IMG/VR virus record: IMGVR_UViG_3300045837_000213
Location: 29,432 to 93,431 of that record
DNA: 64,000 nucleotides
Source: a virus
Lineage: Duplodnaviria > Caudoviricetes
Reading direction: 5' to 3' (one strand)
Each line of letters starts with the position of its first letter. Within the stretch, counting starts at the first letter, position 1. Both the position numbers and the translations under genes were made by a program. Shown here in pieces: positions 17,638-27,246 of this stretch. The notes below the pieces were generated by a model. It had not been told where the DNA came from, did not search any database, and saw nothing but the letters and a program-made list of their open reading frames with translations.

Positions 17638-18120
17638 TCACACGTCTTCTAGCGCGGCTATTTCGCGGACTCGGAACGCCGAAACATTAAAAATCGGATC
17701 AGTCCAGCGGCCTTCCGTCACACACCGCGTGGCGCGATAACGGTAGGCGTGAACGCAGCGCAGATTGTCCACCTCGTTAAGCGTCACGACTCCACAATGC
17801 TTTGCCGGTTCATTCAACCTATAGCAACGGGTCACTACATCGCCGGGCCTTGCGTCCCGCCAATGTTGCAGCCTCACCATGTGCTCGGCGAGTTTCGTAT
17901 CTAACAAGTCGCCTTCGGGAACGATATGGTATTCATAATCGTGTAGCTCGAAACCGCAGATGTCTGCCGCCGCCAGCAATACGCCCAAACAATCAAAGCC
18001 GACATCGCGCGAGCGACCCCGGTAGGCATACGGCGAGCCGACGAGGGAGCGCGCCGCGGCGACGAAGGCCGCGCGCAGCTCGTCCGCCGTCGGGTTAGGT
18101 GTGAGGGTTATTTCGGCCAC
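17638..18120 (-). CDS. NlpC/P60 tail-associated peptidase
   Basis: AARSLVGSPY...GFDCLGV...KHCGV...VHAY; GTG start overlapping the DUF2163 stop. Confidence 0.85.
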   Translation of the reverse strand: MAEITLTPNPTADELRAAFVAAARSLVGSPYAYRGRSRDVGFDCLGVLLAAADICGFELHDYEYHIVPEGDLLDTKLAEHMVRLQHWRDARPGDVVTRCYRLNEPAKHCGVVTLNEVDNLRCVHAYRYRATRCVTEGRWTDPIFNVSAFRVREIAALEDV

Positions 18121-18920
18121 GAGTAGAGTTTGTTTCTGCCGGGGATGGCCGGCTCGCCGCGGAAGAATTCTGCCCGCCCCTTCTTGATGCAGGCGGGGAA
18201 GGTGTGCGCGCAGCCTTCGGAGAGGACGACCGTGTCGCCTATGGCGACGGCGTGCCTCATGTTCTCGACGAGCTGCACGGTGAGCGTCCCGCCCGACTGA
18301 GAACTGTTGCTGATCTGACCCGACAGGCCGTTGTTCGCGCCGGACGTGAAGGTGATCTTGCCGCGCTGGTAGTAGTTGTCTTCCGGCTCGGTGAGCGTAA
18401 ACGTCACGACGTCGCGCGCGGTGAAGCCGGTCACGGTCGCCGTCGCCTTGTTGGGCGTCGCGCCGCACTGTGTCGAGCCGAAACCCGTGCGGCACGTGTC
18501 CTGGTAGGTGTCCCCGACCGGCTGGTTGAAGAGGAGCGCCACGTCGAGGATTTCGCACTTCATCGCGCCGGCGTCATAGACGACCGAGTTGAGCACCCCG
18601 CGCCACGTCTCCTCGACCGTCCCCGTGTCCCAGCGGTACTTCCTGATCTCGACGCGCGCGCCGTCCCACTTGCCGCCCAACAGGTCTTCCTTCGTCACCC
18701 CGGCTGCGCTCATCGAAAGCCCGATCTCCATGTTTCCGGGTTCGAGGTTTTCGACCTGCTGCTCCTGCGAGGGGCGCAGGTCGGCGACCGCGTATGTGAC
18801 TCCCGCGTAGGTGACCGGGCGCGTCGCGCTCGTCACGTCCACGCCCGAACCGTCCAAGGCGATCAGGCGCCAGAGCGTCGTGTACCGGGAGAGCTGCGTG
18901 ATGTCTATGGTCGCGGGCAT
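18108..18920 (-). CDS. DUF2163 / BR0599-type tail hub protein
   Basis: CRTGFGSTQCG, FTSGANNG and GCAHTFPAC...FRGEPAIPG motifs. Confidence 0.85.
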   Translation of the reverse strand: MPATIDITQLSRYTTLWRLIALDGSGVDVTSATRPVTYAGVTYAVADLRPSQEQQVENLEPGNMEIGLSMSAAGVTKEDLLGGKWDGARVEIRKYRWDTGTVEETWRGVLNSVVYDAGAMKCEILDVALLFNQPVGDTYQDTCRTGFGSTQCGATPNKATATVTGFTARDVVTFTLTEPEDNYYQRGKITFTSGANNGLSGQISNSSQSGGTLTVQLVENMRHAVAIGDTVVLSEGCAHTFPACIKKGRAEFFRGEPAIPGRNKLYSWPK

Positions 18921-18934
18921 GAGGGAACGGCGGG

Positions 18935-19017
18935 TGGTATCAAACCGGCATCAAACTGGTATCAAACTGGTATCAACCAAGGTTTATCAAGAGAGCTTTA
19001 TCAACATTGGTTGATAC
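18935..19017. repeat. 11-bp tandem TGGTATCAAAC repeats plus further TATCAA sites
   Basis: Four tandem units at 18935-18978, two TTTATCAA, one inverted copy at 19007-19017. Confidence 0.8.
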
Positions 19018-19671
19018 TCATTCCCGGTCTTCTATCAGCAGAAGTTCGGGCTGCTCGCCGAGCGCCTTTTTGGTCGAGACGGCGAGCTTAAACAACTCCC
19101 AATCGACCTCGTCGTCCTTGAAGCGGACGGGCACGTAGAAATTCCCGTCCCACGTCGGAGCTGCCGCCGGCGGCGAGGTGAACGTCACCAGCCCCGTCGT
19201 GTAATCAATCGAGTAGCCGGAGGTGACGAGCGCGTTGGAGTCGTAGATGAGTACCGTGCCCGATTGAGGGCGAGTGATCTTGCGCGCGTGCGTGCGGTAG
19301 GAATTCGAGTAGAGCTTTTGCAGTTGGAAGACGGTCGTCGAGCCGCCGTAGCTCTCCGCGACGCCCTGCTCGAAGCAGCCGCCCGAATTCGGTATCACGT
19401 CCTGCGTGTGAATGACCGAATAGTCCGACCAGTCGGTCAGCAGGAAAGAGATCTCCGGCCCGTTGCAGGCGTAGAAGAAGGCGCGCACCAGGCGCACGTG
19501 GTCGAGCGTGCGGATGCCCGGCGTGCAGTCGAACGTGTGGCGCGAGTCCTGCCACAGCGGGGTGCGTACCTCGACGCCCGACGTGCCCTCCTGGATGTCG
19601 GTCGAGAACTGCACGCCGCCGCCGATCTTCTGCACGTTGTTTAAGGGGAAGACAACGGGATCCACAGCCAT
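19018..19671 (-). CDS. DUF2460 (TIGR02217-like) distal tail protein
   Basis: SGVEVR..LW, FLLTDWSDY, FQLQKLY and FYVPVRF motifs. Confidence 0.85.
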   Translation of the reverse strand: MAVDPVVFPLNNVQKIGGGVQFSTDIQEGTSGVEVRTPLWQDSRHTFDCTPGIRTLDHVRLVRAFFYACNGPEISFLLTDWSDYSVIHTQDVIPNSGGCFEQGVAESYGGSTTVFQLQKLYSNSYRTHARKITRPQSGTVLIYDSNALVTSGYSIDYTTGLVTFTSPPAAAPTWDGNFYVPVRFKDDEVDWELFKLAVSTKKALGEQPELLLIEDRE

Positions 19672-19700
19672 CTCAAATCACCTTCATGCGTTTGTATGCA

Positions 19701-22700
19701 TTAAGCGGGTTGGAATTGGAGGAGCTGCGCGCGGGCGGCGCGCCCGATCTGGCGGCCCGTCTTGCGCGCGCGCCCGCGCCCGGCTGACGTGTCCTCGTCG
19801 GCGCGGACGAAGACCTGCACGGCCCCGACCGAGACGCCGCCGCCGAAGGAAGAGCGCGACGCGTAAGACGGCGGCGTGTAGCCGGAGGCGAAACCGCCCG
19901 CGGCGAACGACCCGCCGCTGAGGCCCGTCATGCCGAGATAAGCCGCGAGCAGTTGCCTCATGCGACCGCGCTGCGCCGGGTCGGTCGTCAAGACGACCTC
20001 GTCGTAGCCGCCCTCGGCCACGCGGATGAAGCGCCCGCCCGGTCGCGCGCCGAAGATGCCGCCCGACGCGGCGTAGCCCGACGACGTGTCGGGATTGATG
20101 CCCGTCGGGTCGTCGGCCATCGTGCCGCCCGACGAGTCGTGCGGCTTGAAGAGTCCGTTGGTGAGTCCCGAAATGAAGCCGATGCCGGCGGCGGCGAGCA
20201 AGCCTTTCCAGAACGACCCTTGCGCCGCGCCCGCCGCGAGAACAGCCGCGATCGAGAGCATCGTCGAGACGATTGACTGCCCGACGCTCATCAGCGTCTT
20301 CGACTGCGCCTCGCCGGTCTTGCCGATCTGCGCGACCGAATTCTTCCACCCGTCGTTGATGGCCGTCGTGGCGGCGTGCCCCGCGCTTGAGACCGCTGAG
20401 GCGTCGGCCTTCTGAGAGTTGTTGTTGCCGCCGAGGTTGAAGAGTCGGCTGATCATCGCGCCGAACAGGCCGAAAGGCCCCAGCGCGCTCTGAACGCCGC
20501 TCTGCTGTCTCGGCTGTTGCGTCGTGCCCGTCGCCGAGCCGGGCAGCGGCGTGTTCGTCAACTGTCGGAGCAACGTCATCAGCTTCGATTCGAGCAGGTT
20601 CTCTTCCATCTTGATAATCATGTTGAGGAAGTCCTGCCCGATCTGCTGGAACATCGCCTTCCAGCCCTTCGTCCGAAGGGTCTGGAGCGCGCCGTCGATC
20701 AAGGAGATGGCCTTGTCGGCCATCTGCTTGAGCCGGTCGTTCTGCTTGGCGATTAAATCGTCCAACAATGCCAACTGACGGACGTTAGAGGATTGGCGCA
20801 CCGCCTCCATCTCGTCATCAAGGGCCTTCAACTTTTCGAGTTTTTTAACTCCGTCCTGTTCGGTCGCCTCAGTCGTCTCGCGCTCAAGTTGTAGCTCGCG
20901 TAACTTTCTCTCCTGCTGCAACTGCTCGCCTTCGAGGTCGAACTGGTACTGCTTCTGCCAGAGCGCCTGCTTGTTCTTACCCGACGCCTCCATCACCTTC
21001 AACAGCGCTTCCTGCGCCGAGCGCTGGTCTTCGGCGGTCGCGTCGGTGATCTCGGCGAGAGACTTCCTGTAGTTCTGCAACGTCGAGAGGTCGTCGGCGA
21101 CCGCCGTCTGCTCGTCCTTGTTGAATTGGGCGAACGCCTGCTTGCGTTGCAGGAAGAACGCCTTGATCTGGTCGATGGCCTCCTGCGCGGCCTCCGGGTT
21201 CGACGCGTTGGCGAGGATGGTCTTGAACGCGTCCTGCATCCCCTCGCTGTTCGTCGCGTTCACCGCGTCGTTGACCGCCTGCGAGATCATCTCCGCGAGG
21301 TCGAGGTCGGGGCCCGAGAGCGCCGACACCTCGCCCGCCCCGCCCATCGCGTGCGTGAGCGCGCCTTCGAGGACTTTGCCCTGCGCCTCGGCGACGGCGC
21401 CTAAGGCCGTGAAGCGCGCGCGCATCGCGGCGACGTGCGTCGTCGTTCCCGCCTCGATCTGGAGCTGGAGTTCCGCGTCCTGCGCGCGCTGCGCCTCTTC
21501 GAGTAAAGAGACCGCCGATTGCGCGAACTTCTGCTGTATGTCATAGCGGTGTTGTTCGCCCTCGGCGGTGTACTGCGAGAGTTTGTCCTGGTGCTCGCGC
21601 TCGGCGGCCTGCTCGCGCTGGCGGATGTCTTTGAGCTTAACGTCGCGCTTCGCGCCGTCGAGTCCGGCGGCGGCCGCCTCTTCCGCCTTGAAGCCGGCCC
21701 GCACGGCCTTGTAGCGCTCGTCTTCGAGTTGTTTGAGCGTCGAGACGTAGGACTCGTAATCGGTGAGGTTCTGGTCGAGGAAGCGCTTGGCGATCTGGTT
21801 GCCCTGCTGATAGACCGACTCTGCCTCGCGCAAGTCTATCTGCGCTGATTCCAGCGCGGCGTCGGCCATCTCGTTGCCGGCCTTGCGCCCCTTGCGGCCG
21901 CCGCCCGACTTCTCGCCCATCAGCCCGGAGACGTGTTTCGCATAATCATCTTGCGCCTTCTTCGTCGCGGCTTTGACAGCGGCATCGGCCTGCATCAGCC
22001 CGAGCATGAAAGGCGACGGCGGCTGCGCCAGGCCCCGCGCGAGCGCCGAGCCGACGCCCGCGTTGCCGCGCGCGTAATAGTCCTGCGCCGCCCTCTCGCG
22101 CATCGCGTATGGCGCGGTGAATTTGCCGCCCGAAGCGGCGCGCTCTTCCGACGTGCGCCCGTCGCCCGACGCGTAACCGCTGACCGCCTGAATGACCGAG
22201 AGTGCCGCGCGCCACGCGACGGCCACCTCGTGCGCCTTCTCGATGACGGCCAGCGCGACGCCGCCGACGATCTGCCCCCACGTCCTGAAATCGTCGCCGT
22301 TCTGAGAGAGCCACTTCGAGAGGTTGTCGAAGAGCGCCTCGAAGATGGGCATGACCTCCTCGCCCACCTTGACTTTCATCACGTCGAACTGCGCGGCGAG
22401 CAACTTCTGCTTGGCCTCGAACTCCTGCGCCGCCGCCGCGTCCTTGTCCGACAGCACCGCGCCGAGGTCTTCGAGGTGCTTGATGAACGTCGGCAGGTCG
22501 CCGTGCGCCTGCGCGATGATCGCCAGCATCGCCTTGCCGCCGCGCCCGAACGCCTCCATCGCCAGTGCCGTCTTCGTCGTGCCGTCAGGCAGCTTCGACA
22601 GGACGGTGAACATCCCTTCGAGCGCCTTCTGGTTGTCGCGCACGTCCACGTTCGCGTCCTTCAAAACGCGCGACAGTTTCGACGACTTCTCGGCGCCGGC

Positions 22701-23699
22701 CTCTAACTTCTTCTCGAAGATGCCGAGGCCTGCGCCGATCTGATTGAACGAGACGCCGACCTGTGAGGCGGCCACGTCGAGCGCGTTCAGTTCGTGCGCC
22801 GTGTAGCCCGTCTCCATCGAGAGGTCTTTGTATTTCGCCCCGACCTCGGCGGCTGAACTGGCGAGCTGATAAGCGCCGTACACGACGCCGACAGACGCGG
22901 CGGCGACCGCCGCGAGTGCCGCGACGACGAGGAGTAGCGGCCCGGAGACTTCGCCCAGCATGGCGACGAGGCCGCCGCCGGCGGAGGCCAGCCCGGCCAG
23001 CCCCTGCTCTGCCGTCGAGGCCGCGCCCTTCAGAGACGCCAGTTCCTTCTCCGTGTCGGCGATCTGAACTTTCGTGTTGCCGAGCGCGCGCGTCGCGCTG
23101 CGCTCCATGTTCCCGAACTTGGCGGCGGCGCGGTCGACCTCGTTCGCCAACTCCTGCGAGATGCCGCCCGTCGCGCCGAGAATGAGCGCGTCACGTTCTT
23201 TCGCGCCCGCCGTGTTGTTGTAGTTGCGGAGAAAATCGGAGGAGAAGCTCTGCCCCGTGCGGCGCTGGAGGTCGTCGACCAGCCGCTGCGTGCCGCCGGC
23301 GAAGTCCGACGTGATGAGCGACGCCTTGGCGCGCAGCGAGGCGAGTTTCGATTCGAGGCCGACTATCGACATACCCAACTGCTCGACCTGCTTGCGCGCC
23401 GACACAATCGCCGTCTCGCTGGCCTGCCCCGCCGTGAAGAAGCTCTGTCGCAGGGATGAGGCGCGCCGCTCGACCTGCGCGAGCACGCCGCCGACTAAGG
23501 GCACGCGCTGGAGTATGCGCGCCGTCGCCTGGTCGAGTCCGGTGAACGCCTGCGAGCCGACGCGCGAGTAGGTGCGGTCAATTCTGGCCGCCGCGTCGCC
23601 GAGGCTGCGCTCCATGCGCGCGAGCTTGGCCTCGACCGGCGTGATGTCGGCGTCGGCGGTGACGAGGATCGAACCTATTTCGTTACCGGCTAAGTCCAC
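19701..23699 (-). CDS. tape measure protein
   Basis: 1332 aa, Ala-rich helical; C-terminal AEGGYDEVV...FAAGG; position in the tail operon. Confidence 0.9.
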   Translation of the reverse strand: MDLAGNEIGSILVTADADITPVEAKLARMERSLGDAAARIDRTYSRVGSQAFTGLDQATARILQRVPLVGGVLAQVERRASSLRQSFFTAGQASETAIVSARKQVEQLGMSIVGLESKLASLRAKASLITSDFAGGTQRLVDDLQRRTGQSFSSDFLRNYNNTAGAKERDALILGATGGISQELANEVDRAAAKFGNMERSATRALGNTKVQIADTEKELASLKGAASTAEQGLAGLASAGGGLVAMLGEVSGPLLLVVAALAAVAAASVGVVYGAYQLASSAAEVGAKYKDLSMETGYTAHELNALDVAASQVGVSFNQIGAGLGIFEKKLEAGAEKSSKLSRVLKDANVDVRDNQKALEGMFTVLSKLPDGTTKTALAMEAFGRGGKAMLAIIAQAHGDLPTFIKHLEDLGAVLSDKDAAAAQEFEAKQKLLAAQFDVMKVKVGEEVMPIFEALFDNLSKWLSQNGDDFRTWGQIVGGVALAVIEKAHEVAVAWRAALSVIQAVSGYASGDGRTSEERAASGGKFTAPYAMRERAAQDYYARGNAGVGSALARGLAQPPSPFMLGLMQADAAVKAATKKAQDDYAKHVSGLMGEKSGGGRKGRKAGNEMADAALESAQIDLREAESVYQQGNQIAKRFLDQNLTDYESYVSTLKQLEDERYKAVRAGFKAEEAAAAGLDGAKRDVKLKDIRQREQAAEREHQDKLSQYTAEGEQHRYDIQQKFAQSAVSLLEEAQRAQDAELQLQIEAGTTTHVAAMRARFTALGAVAEAQGKVLEGALTHAMGGAGEVSALSGPDLDLAEMISQAVNDAVNATNSEGMQDAFKTILANASNPEAAQEAIDQIKAFFLQRKQAFAQFNKDEQTAVADDLSTLQNYRKSLAEITDATAEDQRSAQEALLKVMEASGKNKQALWQKQYQFDLEGEQLQQERKLRELQLERETTEATEQDGVKKLEKLKALDDEMEAVRQSSNVRQLALLDDLIAKQNDRLKQMADKAISLIDGALQTLRTKGWKAMFQQIGQDFLNMIIKMEENLLESKLMTLLRQLTNTPLPGSATGTTQQPRQQSGVQSALGPFGLFGAMISRLFNLGGNNNSQKADASAVSSAGHAATTAINDGWKNSVAQIGKTGEAQSKTLMSVGQSIVSTMLSIAAVLAAGAAQGSFWKGLLAAAGIGFISGLTNGLFKPHDSSGGTMADDPTGINPDTSSGYAASGGIFGARPGGRFIRVAEGGYDEVVLTTDPAQRGRMRQLLAAYLGMTGLSGGSFAAGGFASGYTPPSYASRSSFGGGVSVGAVQVFVRADEDTSAGRGRARKTGRQIGRAARAQLLQFQPA

Positions 23700-23719
23700 G
23701 GCGCTCCCTTATTGAGGCG

Positions 23720-23817
23720 GTCATGAGTGATGGGTAATGAGTGATGGGTGATGAGTGATGAGTGATGGGTAATGAGTGATGGGTGACGGGTGATGAGTGA
23801 TGAGTGACGGGTGACGA
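23720..23817. repeat. heptamer tandem repeat (GTRAYGR) x14
   Basis: GTGATGA/GTGATGG/GTAATGA/GTGACGG units, intergenic. Confidence 0.9.
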
Positions 23818-23838
23818 GTCGGAAATGAGGCGCGGGCC

Positions 23839-24467
23839 TCACTCTCCGGCGTCTTCGCTTTCGAGGTCGGCCCGCTGCTTCTCCAGCTCGAGGGCGATCC
23901 TCTCGCCCTCGGCCTCCGCCCAGTCGGCGGCGAGCGCCCACTGGGTGATGTAGGCGGGCGCGCCGGCCAGCTCCTCGACCGTATAGGCGCCCTTGTAGTA
24001 ACGGCACGCGCGAACCAGCGGGTACCAGTCGGGGACGCTCCCCACGTCCCCGCCGGTGCCGAGGTAATTCGCTAGCTCTGCGCGCTCGGAGGGTTTGCCT
24101 GCGCGCCCAAAAACGTCGTCACGTCCTTGAGGAGCGTGATCAGCAGCGGGTAGGAGAGCTGCGCGAGGTTTTCATACGTGGGCGGGAAGGGCGCGTCGTG
24201 GAGCGTGACCTCTTCGCCGTCGCCGTCCTTCCACGACTCGATGAGGTCGGCCAGAAGCTGCGCCGACTCGTCCTTGACCTCCGGCTCGTGGTCGGTGCCG
24301 GCCTCCGCGCCCTGCTCGGCCTCGGCCTGCGCCTTCGAAGCGAGCAGGATGGCCTTCGCCTTGTAAGCGGGCGTGAGCTTCTCGGTGAAGACCTGCATCA
24401 CGAAGGTCAGATTTTTGTAGGTCGAGCGCGCCTCGGCGGTGCTCTTCAAAAGGTTTGCTAAGTCCAC
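23839..24467 (-). CDS. tail assembly chaperones G (24072-24467) and GT (via -1 frameshift)
   Basis: Between tail tube and tape measure genes; slippery A AAC CCT at 24096-24090 leads in frame into the 23839-24045 ORF. Confidence 0.75.
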
Positions 24468-24585
24468 TATCCGTTTCTCCTTGGTTGTGGTGAGTGGTCG
24501 GGTGAAGCGACGGGGCCGCGCCGGCGGCGAGGACGAGGAAGTCATGCGCCGCCGGCGCGCCGGGCCGCGCTATGGGGTGCGGGCT

Positions 24586-25005
24586 TTAGTAAGTCGCGCG
24601 CGTGACCGCGCCCGAAATCTGAAAGTCCGCCGTGAAGGAGACGAGCGCGTTCTGCGCGCCCGACTTCTTGAACGACGTGCAGTAGCAGTTGCCCGTGTAT
24701 TTGACGTTGCCCGTGGCGCTCCCCTGCGGCCCCAGCTCGAACGCGACCGGTGTGGCGAAGCCGAGGAGCGCGCCGAGGTGGCCGTCGAGCGCGGCTGTCC
24801 AGTTGCCGCCGCCCGAGAACTTGTTGTCCTTGAAGCCGACCTCGAAGGTCTTGTCGGTGTCCTGGAAGGCGGTCGATTCCGCCATGTCCACCGCCTCGTC
24901 GAAGTCGAGCGTCTTGAAGTTGTTGCTGCGGTCGGTAACCACAGACGGCGCGCCTTGCGTGCCGATCTTGACGACGTATTTGCGTGAGTGAACAGCGCTG
25001 CCCAT
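24586..25005 (-). CDS. major tail tube protein
   Basis: AGGAG RBS; KYTGNCY...VSFTADFQISGAVT. Confidence 0.8.
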   Translation of the reverse strand: MGSAVHSRKYVVKIGTQGAPSVVTDRSNNFKTLDFDEAVDMAESTAFQDTDKTFEVGFKDNKFSGGGNWTAALDGHLGALLGFATPVAFELGPQGSATGNVKYTGNCYCTSFKKSGAQNALVSFTADFQISGAVTRATY

Positions 25006-25101
25006 GTTGAGGTTCTCCTGTTGAGGGTTGAGGGTTGAACGGGGCGGCGCTCGTCGGCGTGGGCGAGCGCCGGATGCTGGCGGCTGGGGTTCGTGCGCCC
25101 C

Positions 25102-25860
25102 TTAGAACGGGTTGAGCGCGAAGGAGACGGCGAAGGTCGCGCCGTTCGTGCCGGTGAAGGTCCAGGTCGCGCGGACGTAGCGGCGCACGTTTCCGGCGAC
25201 CGAGATCGGCTGGCCGCCAAGGGCGGTCACGGCGTTGAAAGTGCCGACGGTCGCCCAGCCCGTCAGCCCGTCCGCCGAGTCCTCGATCTGGACGGCGAGC
25301 GTGGTGGCCGAGCCGACGACGGTCGCGTGCAGGTTGGCGCGAAAGCCGACCTGGGAGGCCGCCCCAAGGTCGAGGACGGCGGACGAGGCGTTCGTCGTGC
25401 GGGCGAGCAGTCGCGCGAGCGTGTAGCCGTAGCGAAGGCCGCCGTCCGCCTGCATGTCGGCCATGCAGGAGATGAGGTTGTCCGCCGGCGCCTGCACGCT
25501 GTAACGCGTGAGCTTCGTCGAGAAGAGCGTCGCCGAGACGCCGTCCGCCGCCATCCCCTCGTGGGCGACGGTCACGGCGTAGGCTTGCGTGGCGACGCCG
25601 ATGATCTGCGAGAGGACGTCGTCGACCAGGTCCCGGTTGAGCGGGTTGGCGTCGCCGGCGTTCGCGGAGAAGAGGCCGGAGAGCGACGCCTTGCCGTCGG
25701 GCACGGCGGGCGCGAACGACTTGTCGTTTGTCGGCTCGTCGAAGCAGGTCGAGTCGAGCGCCGCCGCGCTGCCCTCCGTGTCGACTTTGTTGAAGAAGTT
25801 CGAGAGGTCGTAGCCGTCGACGAGGACTTTCGTCTTCCGTGAGTGAATTGCGCTGCCCAT
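25102..25860 (-). CDS. second tail-tube-like protein with C-terminal extension
   Basis: Starts MGSAIHSRK like the adjacent tube gene; AGGAG RBS; C-terminal RRYVRATWT. Confidence 0.65.
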   Translation of the reverse strand: MGSAIHSRKTKVLVDGYDLSNFFNKVDTEGSAAALDSTCFDEPTNDKSFAPAVPDGKASLSGLFSANAGDANPLNRDLVDDVLSQIIGVATQAYAVTVAHEGMAADGVSATLFSTKLTRYSVQAPADNLISCMADMQADGGLRYGYTLARLLARTTNASSAVLDLGAASQVGFRANLHATVVGSATTLAVQIEDSADGLTGWATVGTFNAVTALGGQPISVAGNVRRYVRATWTFTGTNGATFAVSFALNPF

Positions 25861-25901
25861 CTTTGAGGTTCTCCTGTTGAGGGTTGGCGGTTTCGAGCTG
25901 C

Positions 25902-26372
25902 TTACGGCCTGTCCACCAGGATCTCGAAGCGAACGCCCTGGCTCACCTGGTCGCGCGCGTTCGGCCCCTGGCTCGCCGCGGGCGGGACTCCCGTGTAGGG
26001 GCGGCAGTTGAGGAGTTCGTACCCGGCGATGGAAAGCTGCGCGTCGGTGAGGACGCGCCGGACGTGGCCGACCAGAGTCGAGCAGATCTGCTCGCCCGTC
26101 ATCACGCCGTCGCGGTCTTCGGCCCAGGCCGTGAACTCGTAGGGGTATCGCTCCTCGGCCGGGCCGCCGAACGTGTAGCCGTATCCGGGCGTGAGCGCGC
26201 GGAAGGTGACGAACGGGAGCGGAGTCCCGTCGTCGGCCTGCACGTTCCAGACTCCGCCCTGCGGCGCGCCCTGCTGCCCGAACAGCGAGACGTAGAACGC
26301 GCCGAGTTGCAGGTCGCCGGCGAGCGCCGCGTAGAGCGCTTCGTTGATCGGGTCTGTCGCGTCGTCGGCCAT
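25902..26372 (-). CDS. tail terminator (DUF3168-like)
   Basis: ALYAALAGD...PLPFVTF...GVRFEILV; gene order. Confidence 0.7.
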   Translation of the reverse strand: MADDATDPINEALYAALAGDLQLGAFYVSLFGQQGAPQGGVWNVQADDGTPLPFVTFRALTPGYGYTFGGPAEERYPYEFTAWAEDRDGVMTGEQICSTLVGHVRRVLTDAQLSIAGYELLNCRPYTGVPPAASQGPNARDQVSQGVRFEILVDRP

Positions 26373-26774
26373 TTAGTTGAGGGCGAAGATTTGGGCGAGG
26401 TCGCGGTTGAGAGAGTCGCGGCACGCCTCGAAGGCGGCCAGGAGGAAGGGGTTGCCGGCGTAGTGGCCGTTGCCGTTATGTACCCACAGCGCGTAAGGCG
26501 CGGTATAGGCGACCGACTTGGCGACGCCGGACTGCCGCCCGTCGCCGACGGTGCTGGCGTAGTCAATGATCTGCCCGGACTTCTTGAGGAAGTCGGGGTG
26601 AGGGTTCCCCTGCGCGTCAACGTATTGGCGGTCGCCGACGTTGACTAACTGCTGCGAGATGGCGAGGACGTTTCTGGCCCACGCGTTGATGCATCGGCCC
26701 GCGCGCGGCCTCAGCTGCTGACGCAACTCCGCGACGCGGTTGCGCTGCGTGACCTTGTACTGGATGAAGGGCAT
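26373..26774 (-). CDS. HK97 gp10-like neck/tail completion protein
   Basis: YTAPYALWVHNG...NPFLLAA. Confidence 0.7.
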   Translation of the reverse strand: MPFIQYKVTQRNRVAELRQQLRPRAGRCINAWARNVLAISQQLVNVGDRQYVDAQGNPHPDFLKKSGQIIDYASTVGDGRQSGVAKSVAYTAPYALWVHNGNGHYAGNPFLLAAFEACRDSLNRDLAQIFALN

Positions 26775-26814
26775 CCCTCGTCACCACGGCTTTTTCAAAC
26801 ATCGCCCCGCGCCC

Positions 26815-27240
26815 TCAGCGCGCCGCGCTGTTCTGCTCCTCGACCGTGACGATCTCGCGCACCACGCCGTTGAGGATGACGGAGCGCACGACCTCGACCT
26901 CCGTGACGGCGGGCTGCTCGCCGCGGGCGAGGATGGTCAGCTTGTCGAGGGTCGTGCAGTCGACGGAGGCCGCGCACAGCACGCGGCGGAAGATGACGGG
27001 AACTCTTCGCTTGGCGGCGATCTGCTCGAGTTCCAGCCCGCGCCGCTCCATCGTCGAGACGGCGAGGGCGGAGAAGGGGGTCTGAGTCGTCGCCGTGTAG
27101 CGTTTGATCGTGCCGCCGCGACCGTCGGAGACCGGGGCCGCCGAGCGAAGCACGTAGAAGGAGTCGGTGCCTTCGGCGGCGGCCAGCGCCGCGACGGTCG
27201 GGGCGAGGCGGTCGAGGAGTTTTCCGAGTGCGAGCGACAT
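26815..27240 (-). CDS. head closure protein
   Basis: SDGRGG motif; position after the adaptor. Confidence 0.6.
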   Translation of the reverse strand: MSLALGKLLDRLAPTVAALAAAEGTDSFYVLRSAAPVSDGRGGTIKRYTATTQTPFSALAVSTMERRGLELEQIAAKRRVPVIFRRVLCAASVDCTTLDKLTILARGEQPAVTEVEVVRSVILNGVVREIVTVEEQNSAAR

Positions 27241-27246
27241 TTCCCT

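Noticed and set aside
25861-26424. 440-aa version of the second tail-tube gene
   Set aside because: The upstream part overlaps the terminator gene in another frame; RBS and paralogy support a start at 25860.
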